64,000 bases of DNA, taken from NCBI RefSeq assembly GCF_009834535.1, contig NC_045696.1:110114001-110178000 (forward strand), written 5' to 3'. This document shows, piece by piece, positions 37,898-49,814 of this stretch. This stretch comes from Camelus ferus (taxonomy: Eukaryota). The notes under the pieces were generated by a model that was not told the origin of the DNA, made no database searches, and was given only the letters and a program-made list of their open reading frames with translations. A program made the translations under genes and the position numbers. Each line of letters starts with the position of its first letter. The stretch's first letter is position 1.

Positions 37898-38553
37898 TGT
37901 TGCTGGTGGATGTAAGCAGCGTTCCAAGTTCTTGTCCCGTCCCAGAAAGAATTCAGAGACAAGACGTAGTGGTTAAAAAAGTAAAGTGACAATTTATTAA
38001 ACGATGGATAGTACACTCCAGGGGAGAGCATGCAGGCTCAGGTGAGCAGCTGCCCTGAGTTTCTTTGATAAGTTGTTTAATAGGGTGTAAAAATGAATGG
38101 GTGGAATATTCATTAGGGAGGGAAGGGTCTGGGGTCACATTCTCTGATTTTCATCCCAACTCCACCTTCCCGAAGGGAGGAGGGATTTTTGTCCTTATTT
38201 AGTATGGATCGGAAGTGTCACGGTGTCAGTGCATGATGGGTACTTGTAATCTGCATGACTAATTTTATTGAAATGAGGGCATAATGAGCAAGCGGTTACA
38301 TTTGGACACTGGAAATTCCTGCCTTTTCCCATCTTTCTTTATTGGCCTCTGGGCCACTTATTACCTCCAAAGGTGTGACCACTTATCAGCACAGAGGTTC
38401 CTGCTTTTTTTTTCTCTGCCCAGGGACTCCTGGTGTTTACATGATGTATGGTTTCCTGCATTTGGCCCGTGCCCTTCCTTTCTGCCCAATTCCTGCCATT
38501 TGGTCTGTGTCTCCCTTTCTCTGCTTATATCTAGCTATCTGCCTGCTCTAACA
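37898..38553 (-). mobile_element. ERV1-class solo LTR (656 bp)
   Basis: TG...CA termini (minus start TGTTAGAGCAGGCAGATAGC), minus AATAAA near 37993-37998, 4-bp TSD TTAG at 37894-37897 and 38554-38557. Confidence 0.88.
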
Positions 38554-38809
38554 TTAGCAGGGACAGCAGGGTGAACGATGCTATGTGAAACATATCCCCT
38601 ATGGTCCCTCAGAGTAGATGCTCATTGAACACTACTTCCTTCCCTTATCGTCTTAGCTTATCACAACAAATCTGTGAGAAAGGAACACTGTGCATTAGTT
38701 TTATTCCCCTTTAATGGAGAACAAAACTGCCTGGGCGAATGTCTCACTGAAGAGTGAGAGAACCATGACTAAGACAGGTGCTTCTAGCTTCTCCCTTCAT
38801 TTCTACTGG

Positions 38810-39065
38810 GAGTGTAAGCTTGAAAGCAGACAGACTCGATTTGCATCCCAGCTCAACCTATTAGTGTGTGGCGTTAGGTAAATCAAGCCACTTCTTTGCG
38901 CCTCAGTTTCACCCCATCAAATGGAATGATAATCACGGCATTTGCTTCATGGTGTTGTATCGAGGATTAAATGAATGATTCCCTGTAAGCCATGCACAAC
39001 AATGCCTGGTACCCAGTAAGTGCTTAGTGAGTGTTAGCTGCTGCTGTTAATATTAACATTATTAC
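38810..39065 (+). mobile_element. MIR SINE (near full length)
   Basis: GCCTCAGTTTCACC..AAATGGAATGATAAT...GAGGATTAAATGA...AATGCCTGGTACCCAGTAAGTGCTTAGT. Confidence 0.85.
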
Positions 39066-40764
39066 TTAGCTTGCCGTTGTGGTGTGGAGATTGTACTAAA
39101 TTGACACCATAAAAGTCTTTCATATACATCCTCCAATTACAAAGTTTTGAGAAATTCATTTTGAAGGATTAAAGCCACATAACAGTATATGAACACTTTA
39201 TATCTGAAAAACTGTATTTCATTCTAGACATTTTTCAAACTTTTTTTTTTATAATTTGGCTTAAAAAATATCTTGAGGAGGGAAACATTTTTTTACTGAA
39301 ACTTTCTGAAGTGTTTTTTTTTTCCCCCAAGTCCTCATAGTAAGACATCTGAGGACCTCTCTCACTAGGTGAAACAAAGTTGTTGGAAAATGGGCCTCCA
39401 GACGAAGCAGGCTAGTACTTCTGTTCTCCTGGTACAAGGATTATTATTACTCACATTTCTATCCACTGAGGTAAGAAAGGATATCAACTAAAGAAATAAA
39501 GAAGTTAGTGGTAGCTATGGCCTGAATACAAGCAACCCTCCTTTTTTTCAGCTTTAAGAAATAAAATAAAATGGAAGTGGGCAGCAAGGGAATCAAATCA
39601 AGCAGGTGTGACAAATACTCGGGTTAAGGGGCGCAGCAGCAACAGAATGAGGGCTGCCTGGAATCTTAAGTAAGTGGTCAGAATTTACTGAACTACAAAA
39701 ATCAATACCATGGGACAAAGACAAGAGCTGGGGGCCCCAGTGTTTAAGTCCTGTTTCTGTTACGTTATAACAAGCCAGGATCTCCTGGCTAGTTGTGCTG
39801 CTTCTGTGGGCCTCACATTCCTTATAATAAGAGGAAATATGGGGCAAAATCTCCCCTCTCCCCACGTTTCCCTCAAGCCTGAAATTCTAGGACCTTATAG
39901 CTTATTCCTACATCTAGATTTTTAAAACCTTTAAAACATGTTTATATGGATACTACCTATCCCAGCAATCATGTCAGTGGTGCAATGTTTATCTCTCTGT
40001 AATTTGAATGCACACATGAGAATCCAGCCGTCACATCTAATTGGAAAAGAGAATTTGAACCTGTTGAAAATAATCAGGTGCTCCTTCCAAAAACAGCATT
40101 TTGACTATGCTTTTCCCAGACATGGCTCCCCTGCAAACATAGCCTCAAAGGTGTGAAGCTACTTCCTTCTCTGCATGGATTGCTCTTTTCCCCAAGGTAG
40201 ACCTAAAAAGGATAAAACACCCAGAGGACCCTAGAATTAACCATCACAAATATTCTGCATGCAGGACTGCTGAAAAGTATCTAATACACACAGCGATATC
40301 CTGAAATTAATAAATAAGACCCTGGGAAATGCTGTGAGATCTGGAACAAATGAGTATATATACTTCACCAAACAATACAGAGCCACTTCGACAGGTCCCT
40401 CTCCAGGCTATCCATCAAGGAAAGCAATCAGGGGGAGAGATGAACAACATCCAGTCATCAGTGACTCAGCCCCACTTGGCTTGGCTCAAAGGCAGTGGTA
40501 GGGTGGGATGGGGTGAGAACATGCCATCTTGACAAAGCCATCTTGCCACATGGGAAATTAAAAAAAAATTAACATTGTTTTGTGAGGCTGGGAGGGGTAC
40601 TTTACTCATTATTTTGTATTTTTTAATATTATCTAAAATTTGATAAGGGGAAGTAGATATGTATAAAAGAGCCATCTTTACATGCTCCTCATCTCACAGA
40701 TGGCCATCAGATATTCTAATAACAAGGGAAGCAGGGAATCCCCTGAGACAGACTTGCCATGTAA

Positions 40765-41110
40765 AGCCGGTTCTGCTATAATGCTTCTTTGAAAACACAC
40801 ATTTGTTTCAATGCAATTGATGTATTAGGGAACAATCTGAGCATAACGCAAATTTTGTGTTTGCTCGTAATTGCAACCATGAGTAACACTAGGAGACTGC
40901 AGAAAACCATATGCAGCTGAATCAAAGTATATCCACAAATGTGCACACACCTCTAACCCCTACCAGCCACCTAGTTAACCAGGTGATACGTCACCCATCC
41001 ACATTTGCTCTTACGATTTTCTTTCAGATTTCAAATAAGCTTCCTTCTACTACTTACAGTAACTCACAAGCTGCAACCTTCCCAATGCTCACTTCCACAA
41101 GCAAACTTGA
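40765..41110. mobile_element. Ancient Tigger-family fragment (Tigger13a-like)
   Basis: AGCCGGTTCTGCTATAATGCTT.TTTGAAAAC...ATTAGGGAACAAT.TGAGCATAACGC matches the recalled terminus. Confidence 0.6.
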
Positions 41111-41949
41111 AAACAGGTGATTTTGTATTTTCCCAATCATTTCACTCCTGAGGATACCCATGACCACCAGTGTTTCCTTCTTATCACCATTCCTGCTGCA
41201 ATCCAGCTCCTTGTTCACTATAGCCTTCAACAGCAGACGTCAGAATTTTTGTTTTTTGGTTTGTTTTCTTCCCTCAGTGAAAAAAAGCTGTTTACCTTAT
41301 AAAAGAAAAAAAAAAACCAATTCTGACATTGCTACTAATGTGGGCAAAGCATATAAACTCTCACTGCAGACACACTCTCAAAGCCCTCAGGGCTTGTTCT
41401 TGTTTTGCAACAAAGTGGATTTTTCAATACAGACCTGCCAACAGTCTCCCACCAGAACTAAATGATGCCCTAAATCCCCTTTATGGACAGTACTGGGGAG
41501 AGTTGGCGGGGGCGTGCAGCAAAGGTGGTTTCAACTCTATTTACTGATAGCAGTCAAGGGCGTGGCTGGAACTTAGTATAAGTCTATGGCAACCAAAGAG
41601 ACACATGTTCTTAGACTTAATGTGAGATATGGAGGAAAAGCCAGTGTGTGTGTGAATGAGTAATGTGTATGTACATGTGTGCTCACTAGACTTGAGAGTA
41701 TACGTACATTCCTTTCCCTGTACCTAAACTTCTTTAAGGGCAACTTCAAACATGTATATTATATACTATAATAAAAATACATGCAAAATAATAAAAATGA
41801 AGCAAAGGAGATGCATGTATACATATATATATAAACATATAGGTATATGTAAGTCATAATTCAACTCCTAATTAAAGAGAGTCTTTATAATCTTAGCTAC
41901 ATAAAAATGAGGAACGAGATCAAAGTGGAATCCAAGAGAAAGAGAGCCT

Positions 41950-42110
41950 TAGGTGAAGGAAAATCAGGTACTGAAGCCAGAATTCTGGGTTCAAATTACC
42001 AGTTCAGCCATTTACTTGCTGGACAAGTAATTTCAACTTTTTGAATTTCAATTCTTCACTGATAAAAGTGAGAATACACCCCATCTAGTGTATTCTTTTC
42101 AAGATTAAAT
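41950..42110 (+). mobile_element. MIR fragment
   Basis: CTGGGTTCAAATT.CCAGTTCAGCCATTTACTTGCTG..CAAGTAATT. Confidence 0.7.
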
Positions 42111-42381
42111 GACAATGTTCCTAGGGTCACAGGGGATCACAAATTCTGCCCTAAATCTCTGGTTTTATACTGTGTTCAGAAATTCAGATGGTTGAGAGTC
42201 CCAGAGTTCTCAGCTGTCTGGGACACTGGATCTGGAGGACAGGATATGAGCACACACCAGGACCCGCAGACCCACGGGGCAGGGGTCAGAGCCAAGCTGG
42301 CTCAAAGGAGAGAAAGAGCTGAGAAACCCAATGGGGACTGTCGCTTGATTTCCAATCACTCCAGGCTGGGAGAACTTTTAG

Positions 42382-42531
42382 GACAGCTGTCTCCAAAATG
42401 TTGTCCCTGGACCAACAGCATCCACATAACCTGGGGACTGGCTAGAAATGAAAATTATCAGGCCTTATTTCATACTTACTGAACAGCAAGTCTGGGTTTC
42501 TGCGGTCGTAACTCAAGTTTAAGAACCACAG
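42382..42531. mobile_element. MER5A-like hAT MITE
   Basis: TCCCTGGACCAACAGCATC.ACATAACCTGGG.ACT.GCTAGAAATG.AAATT...AAGTTTAAGAACCAC. Confidence 0.75.
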
Positions 42532-43135
42532 CCTTAGCAGATAAGTTTTACTTCAGTAGATTCAGGAGTTTTTATCGCTTTTAAGTCAAGAGTTTTGAAG
42601 AGGTCTGACTTAATAAAAGATTCCTAGCAGCCCTGTTCTACAATTTAGCAATGAATTCACACCATCCTCTGACTATCCTAAGGTCACCCAGCACTGCTTG
42701 CCACTTCCTCAGGCCATTAGAGGTATGGTCAAATCTTGATCCAAACAGAATTGTCACAAACATGCCAACCAAATGGCACTGGAGGATTTGTGGACAGAAA
42801 GCAATGAAGGATGTAATCCTCTTAGAATGAAAGGAGTGTAGAAAAAGGAAAAAATAACCTACTGAACTGTGTAAATAGGGTCCACAGTGGAAGGACTGAT
42901 GCGAAAACACTTCCTTTCACATACCCAGCACCAATTACTTATTTCTGGCTGTCATCCTGTCTGCTCAGAGTCTGGAGTTGGGGTTGCATGCTCAAACAGG
43001 GCAAGCTGCTGTACTTGGGGACCCCCTCCCTCCCGTCCCCTGCCCGCACTCAAATCAACTTCAGAATCACCGGAGTTCGAGTTTACATAGTTCTTACAAC
43101 ATCTAGGTTCCTTGATTTTCTGCTTTTTCATTTAC

Positions 43136-43167
43136 CTTCTTGCTCATCTCATTGCATTTTCAACAAT
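43136..43167 (-). other. Candidate short exon ending ATG AGC AAG AAG| (MSKK), unverified
   Basis: Donor AAG|GTAAAT at 43136/43135, upstream pyrimidine tract and AG, downstream G-runs; non-repeat sequence. Confidence 0.25.
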
Positions 43168-43854
43168 CTTTTGAAAGATCGATTGGTGCAGGGGAGGGGG
43201 ATAGAAAGAAAAAAAAGTAGGCAAAATAGGCTTGGTGAAGAAGAGTTGCAATTACAATGGAAGCTAAAATACAGGGTTTGTGATTACTTAGTGGACTCTG
43301 TTATCCTGCAGGGTTCTGTAAGGAGTGCTGTCTCTGCTTACCAATCCTGGGAAGAAAATCTGTAATAGCTACAAAACACAATTCCCAAGCATCCTATTCT
43401 CTGTTAATGTTGCACCAAAACTAAGATCAGTCCAATTAGTAGGGAGGAGTCTGCACCTCCTACATGATGGTATAAGTCACAATAATCGATTAAAATTGCA
43501 ATTATTAAACAGAATATAAAACTCACTGAACAGTATCTATGGCACAGACTCACTTACTGATGCATTATTAATGCATACAATAGTGGGCAGCTTTTCTAAT
43601 TTTTTCCACTATAACCTTTATGAGTTTTAGAAATTAAATATTTCTCACAATTACAAAGGAATTCTCATGTTACAGAGAAAACTAAAGCAAATGGATATAC
43701 ATCTGCCTAAAAACAGTGCAAAAGTTTCCAAGGAACATTTTTAGTTATAATATTTGTCCTATTCCCTTTAGAAATAGCTTATCACTCTAAACTCTCCCCA
43801 GAGATACATGGTATCTCAATTTTGGTGGAGATAGCCCATAAAAGGAAACACCAG

Positions 43855-44045
43855 TCACAGAATGTTGTAATTAGAATGAACCTTGGGAATCACCTAATCC
43901 AACGCTCCCTCATTTTATGGGCAGAGTTATTGAGGCCCAGGGGATTCAGTATTTGCCCACAATCACGCTGGTCATCAGTGGCACAGTGAGAACTAGCACT
44001 TTCTTCTCCGCACTCTCCAATATACTGTCCTTTCCACTGTTTCAT
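43855..44045 (-). mobile_element. MIR3-like fragment
   Basis: GAACCTTGGGAATCACCTAATCCAAC.CTCCCTCATTTTA...TGAGGCCCAG. Confidence 0.7.
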
Positions 44046-44604
44046 TCTGCCTCCAGACTTCAATAGAGCCAGCTGGGGATCTGACTCCACCAGAAGGCCC
44101 GAGAATAGAGGCTCCAGATCAGAGCTTCCCTGCTACACACTTTTCCCTAAGCCTGTGCTCGGCTGAAATCTGATCATCACATGCTTACACACCATGTACA
44201 CTTCCTCCCGGTGGTTACCCACAGGTTTGTCTCTAGCCCTCTTAGGACAAATCATTTTGTCTTTCAGGGGCTCATGCCAGCCTTGCAGGAACACTGGAAG
44301 TAGGAAGCTCTCCACCAATTAGAAAAATAAAAACAAAATATGATTCCTAGGATTCAGAGTCATAGATCTGAAGATTTTCAGACTCAGAAAAAGATGAGAC
44401 AGAAGTATTCAGAAGGTGAGTGATCCCTTAGTGACTGCTTTTCAGGCCCAAATGGCATGGAAGTCAGTTAATTTGTAAATATTCCACATGCAAGAGACTT
44501 TCCAATAGCCTATTTTTTTCAAGTGCTCTACTGTTCAAAATCCTTCAGTGTCTCCCTCATTCTTACAAAATAAAAATGAGATTCTTAGGCATTAGTCTCG
44601 GTAT

Positions 44605-45121
44605 TGTGCTGAAGGGACTTCACAGATGGAATTAAGGTTACTCATCAGCTGATCTGAAGACAAGGAGACTCTCTGGGTGGGTCCAGTGTTATCACCTGAG
44701 CCCTGAAAAGCAGAGGAGTCAGAGAGAGCCATGGGAAAAGGAAGACAGAAAAGATGAGACAGAAGGGGAGGTCAGAGAGATTCAAAATGTGAGGACTCAA
44801 TCCACCACTGCTGCCTTTGAAGATGGAAGAAGGGGCCACATCCCAAGGAATGTGGGTGGCTTCTAGAAGCTGAGAATCACCCCAGGTGACAGTCAGCAAG
44901 GAAATGGGGATCTCAGTCCTACACAGGCAAGAAACTGGATTCCGCCAACAACCTGTTAATCCTGAAGTGAACCTGATTTTGGCCTCGTAAAACCTGAGTC
45001 TGAAAAGTCAGCCAAGTCACCCTGGACTTCCAACCTGTAGACTGTGAGATAACCAATGTGTGGTGGTTTGAGCTGCTAAACGTCCTGGGATTTGTTATAG
45101 CAGCAATAGAAAACTAATGTA
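44605..45121 (+). mobile_element. ERVL-MaLR LTR (MLT1D/E-like)
   Basis: CTTTGAAGATGGAAGAAGGGGCCAC..CCAAGGAATGTGGGTGGCTTCTAGAAGCTG...TTTGTTATAGCAGCAATAGAAAACTAAT. Confidence 0.88.
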
Positions 45122-45789
45122 AAGAGTAAGAGTTAAATGTGGGCTTCTGAGAAGGAAACAGAGCCTTTCTCTTCCCATCTGCACTCTGAGCCCAGCCCCT
45201 GTGGATGGGGGATGAATGAACAGAGACCCTAGCGGAATTCAGAAGTGAGAGAAGCTCAGCACCTGGCAGGTGTGGAGGGATGGAAGAGCCATGGCAGCAT
45301 GGGGGTGGGGCATGGGCATGCATGGGGGCGCCTGCACAGTGAGGTGTTGGAGAACACCAAGAATTTCCCCCAAAGTAACAGAGATGAAGCAGATGCCCCA
45401 GGCTCCATGGAACCAGAGGTAACATCAGGATTTGGAGCCCAGGAGGCAGAATGCAAACTTTCGGCTGCGCACTCAGCGGAGCCAAAGACCACCGGAAACC
45501 CTCCATGTGGTGGAAGTGTCACAGGTGTCAGAATAACACCTAATCCCCGGAACCTCACTCTAAGGGAGAGGCAAAGTGGAAGGCAGAAGGAGAGAACCCC
45601 CAATCAGCTGAGTCCTTACTCACCTAGAGATTGAGGGGCAATGCCTGGAAGTCTCCAGATTTACCATAAGCTGGCAACACTGCATTTTCTGCCAATGGAG
45701 AAAATGGAGGCTCAAGAGGTGAGAAAAATTCAGTTGTAAACAAAAAAATTCTACTTTGCGTACCAAGTCTGTGACTGTGATAGATACCA

Positions 45790-46330
45790 TTTATTGAGCA
45801 GTTATTATCTTTATATGCATCCTATAATTTAATATCCATAATAACCCTCTGAGTTTTGTGTTATCATCTCTATTTTACAGGTAGAGAAATCAAGACTAAG
45901 AGACGTTAAGAAAATGGTCCAGAATGTTACAACAGGCAAATGGTCAATTCCAGATTCAAATATCCACCCACCTAGTGCTCCCTCTTTGAATTCCCTGCAG
46001 TGAGTGTGCAGAAGGGATGCTACTATTTATAAAAGCATTGTTATAGATCCTTCTATGATTAGACTATTTAAAGACCATTTTTATGAATTCTTTGCTACCA
46101 CAATAATAGCACTAACAACTGTTACTTACCTTGAAGGCATACTGCGTGCCAAGTAGCTCTAAGTGGTTTTCATGGATCATTTAAAATTGTGATTTTGTGA
46201 CTTTCTCCATTTTATAGATGATAAAAGTGAGAACCTGATTATTCGAGGGCACAGAGTAAGAGGCAGGACTGAGTTCTGAACCAAGGCACTGACTCCAGTC
46301 TTCATGTTCTTACCCACGAGCTGCACAGCA
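45790..46330 (-). mobile_element. Two MIR copies
   Basis: CTATTTTACAGGTAGAGAAATCAAGACTAAGAG and CCATTTTATAGATGATAAAAGTGAG reversed cores. Confidence 0.7.
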
Positions 46331-46817
46331 TCCCTACCCTGAGCCATCCTTAGGACTTAGAAGTCAAAGAGAAACACTGCATGGGTTACTCAGGCCCAGA
46401 GATTCTGACAGCAGCGCAAAGGGGTATTTGTGGAAGAATACTGTTATTCTTGATGACTGTGCTCATTAAGATTTAGCTGTCCCTGAAGTGCTCTCACTTT
46501 TCTTAACCCACTTTCATTTCTTTGATGTTTAAGATACATCATTAATTAGTAACAGCTACTGAGGTTATAAACATTTTTTACAAGTCCTATTCTAATTTCA
46601 GAAACATTAAATGTACTTTAATAACAAGGATGTGTATTCACATTTTCAGCTCATCCCACCTTCCTGAAAAAAAAAATACAAATTTGGATTCATGTAATGA
46701 ATCCTTTCTAAAAGTCAAGACTGTGGAATCAGAGATAAATGGTATGGCCCCTGGTTTGACTGGGCTCACAGTCGAATATAGGGACACTTTAACCAACTGA
46801 ATTGCTGTACACATTTT

Positions 46818-46952
46818 GTTTTGGTTTTTTTTGGTGTGGGGTAATTAGGTTTGCTTATTGATTTATTTATTTTAGAGGAGGTGCTGGGGATTGAACGCAG
46901 GACCTCATGCATGCTAAGCATGCATGGTACCACTTGAGCTATACCCTTCCCC
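46818..46952 (-). mobile_element. tRNA-derived SINE (camelid Vic-1 type)
   Basis: Reverse complement starts GGGGAAGGGTATAGCTCAAGTGG with B box GTTCAATCC. Same body as 25075-25213; degenerate TSD ending CACATTTT. Confidence 0.9.
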
Positions 46953-48169
46953 TTGCAATATCACATTTTAATAGGGGAAAGCATGTGGTGCTAAGTGAGC
47001 ATATAGGAGTGGCAACTGGCTGCAAGGGGAGGGGCTATGAAAAAAAGCTTTCTGGAAGAAGCCATGATACCAGGGTTGAACTTGCAAAGCTCAGAGCAAA
47101 CAGCAGGATGAAGAAATGGAAGGGAGAGACTATGACTTATTTCAGGGACCATAAACATAGTGAAAAACTGTCAGTGAAAAACTTCTTTTACTGATTTCTA
47201 CTGAATTAACAAATATTCACCATTTTCTCTGAAAGATACGCTCATTGACACACAAACCTTAATGCCTCCCCTCAGGGATAATGCTCACTAGGAGTCACTT
47301 ATGTTGGTTCCCAACATGTGTATGCCAGTTTTGCATGGTCTTATAATCTAATTAATCTAATTAAATATTAGATAATTCAATATTATATAAGCCAATGAAA
47401 TATGAGTGTGAACCCAAAGAGTTATTGTTTCTATGAAAACTAGGCTGAGTCTTTTAGAAGGACTCAAAAAGACTAGCCACCAAAAAAAAAAAAAAATTAC
47501 TGTCAAGTTACGAGTGAATAAGACAGCTGTAAAAGTTTGGGAAATATACCATAACAACCTAGAAGATTCTGCTCTTGTATTCATTTCATTTGAAAGAAAC
47601 CCAAACTGGAACTCGTAAGTGACATATTACATGTCTGGTTACACAAGAAAGGGACCTTGACAAGTAGAACCACATTAAAAAAAAAGGCCTTGGCCCTACA
47701 TTGGAAGATTTGTGAACAAACGTGAACATATGTTTTAAGTTAAAATAAAAAAAAATTAAATATGTCATTTTTATGTCTCCCTATTTTAACCAATATTTTT
47801 ATTTAAAAAAATCATGCCTTAGATCGGAGGCTTTTACCACAGTTTAAAAGGACTGAAGCCAGGACTGTAAGTGGGCAAGTATCTACAGATGAGGCTAGCA
47901 GGGTTGGGAACTGCAGAGACTCTGCATACAAGCCGGAACACGGAGGTTCACATACAGACTACAGAGGAGCCACTGATGTGGTAAGATTCCTGATTGAGAA
48001 AGATCACGCTGGAAACACACTTTGGAGAATCAAGACTAGAGGCTGCTGAAGTAAACCTATGAAGAAGTGATGAGGCTTTAGCTAAGGCTAGGATAATGAA
48101 GGGAACATAATTTGCAGTCAGTGCATAAAGTCAGCAGCATTTGGTGAGCTGGTAAGACAATGGTGAAGT

Positions 48170-48720
48170 GATGTGACACTGGGAGCCCTCACTGTACTCT
48201 TTTGGACCACAATCTGGCAGTATGTTTCAAAAATCCTTAAAACTATGGGCACCTTTGGCCCAGCTAGTCCATTTTTAGGCACTGTCCATAATAAAATAAT
48301 TAGAAAGTTTCACACCAATTTTTACACACAAGAGTGTTTTCATTGCCCCATTATGAATGAGAGCAACAACTGGGAGGCAACTTGGAATGTCCAAAAACAG
48401 GGTACAGATAAATTATGGTTCATCTAAATTGTGACAATTTCATATACATGCATGTGACAATGAGGAAATATTCTTAATTAAGATAATAAGAACACTATGA
48501 TTTCAACTTTGAAAATCAAAACTTATTACACAACTAGGAATGGATATCTAAATATAGATATAAACACACACACAAAACAAAGCTTGTAAGGCTAGTCACA
48601 GTGATTATAGTTCTGATTAACAGACCTTTATGACATGGGGTTATAGGATTATTTTCTTTACTATATTTCCTAGATTGTCTACAATTAACATATTACTTCC
48701 ATAATCAGAAAAGTATTAGA
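48170..48720 (+). mobile_element. Old L1 (L1ME-like) 3' end
   Basis: TTTTGGACCACAATCTGGCAGTATGT..CAAAA...ATAAATTATGGTTCATC...CATATTACTTCCATAATCAGAAAA. Confidence 0.7.
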
Positions 48721-49814
48721 AAAAAATTACTTCCAGGTTTCATGTTTGATGAAATGGATAGTGGTATCTAAGTCTAATGTTTATTTAAAGTTTTAAAGAG
48801 TACTCTTTCAGGGGTACTGTACAAATCCTAACCCTTCACCATTTAATCGATTACATCACACACCTCCATAGGTAAGTATCTAGGCTGAAATTCTCATTTT
48901 TTTTCAATCCATCTTCACAATGCAGCCCTTCTCTGTCCTTAATTTACTTGGCCTTTCTCAGACTGAATCAAACTGAAACCAGAAGGCTGAGGGAGGAAAC
49001 CTAAAGCAAGTATTCCTACGCTGGGAATTCCACTGCTAGTTCTTTATAAAGTCTTGGATGAGTTAGCTGCAGGATCCATATACAGTAATGGATATGATGA
49101 GGCTTATCCTCCTTTACTAACAGATCTAGTCATAAAAAAGTAACATTAAACCACCTTTCTGTCTCTCTGGATAATTACTAAATGATGCCAAACTACAAAT
49201 AAATTCTACACAGAAGTCTAACATTCAGATGCAGAAAAACAATAAAGTAGGTATTAGTACCATAGATATTAATAAAGCAATATAATGGTAATTTTAAAGC
49301 AAACTTCTCAGTACCCCCTATCTACATATATGATTACTAGATAAACATGCAAAGTGACCAAAACTGGAGAGGAAAGGATATTGCCACTTTATAATAAAAA
49401 CAAAGTTATAAAGTTGCTGATAATTTATAAACTGGCTTCACATACATTTATTAGTTCATTTAACTCCTATGATGAAGACATTATCATATTTTATAGGTGA
49501 AAAAAACTGTATTACAGTATATAGTGTTTTCTAATTTTATCCTTTCAAAACACCACCAGTTTTGTTTTTTCTAATTCCTTCAAAAATGGTAAGTTGACGG
49601 GTGGTAGGTTATGAACATGCAGAGAGTCTACAACTGAAAATCAACTCATACTGCTTGGTAAAAGCATCCAGATTTGGGTTATTATCAACAACTCCTCTGT
49701 CCTTATACTTACAGCACAATCCACAATAAATGTCTCCTGGGATTGCCACAGAAAGAATATTAAGACATTAAAAAATGGTTATGTTAGACTTTCATCAGAA
49801 GTCAAAATCCCCAG

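Noticed and set aside
45114..45634. Three overlapping 115-130 aa ORFs
   Set aside because: Explained by locally higher GC and few stop codons; no domain recognised and no splice context.
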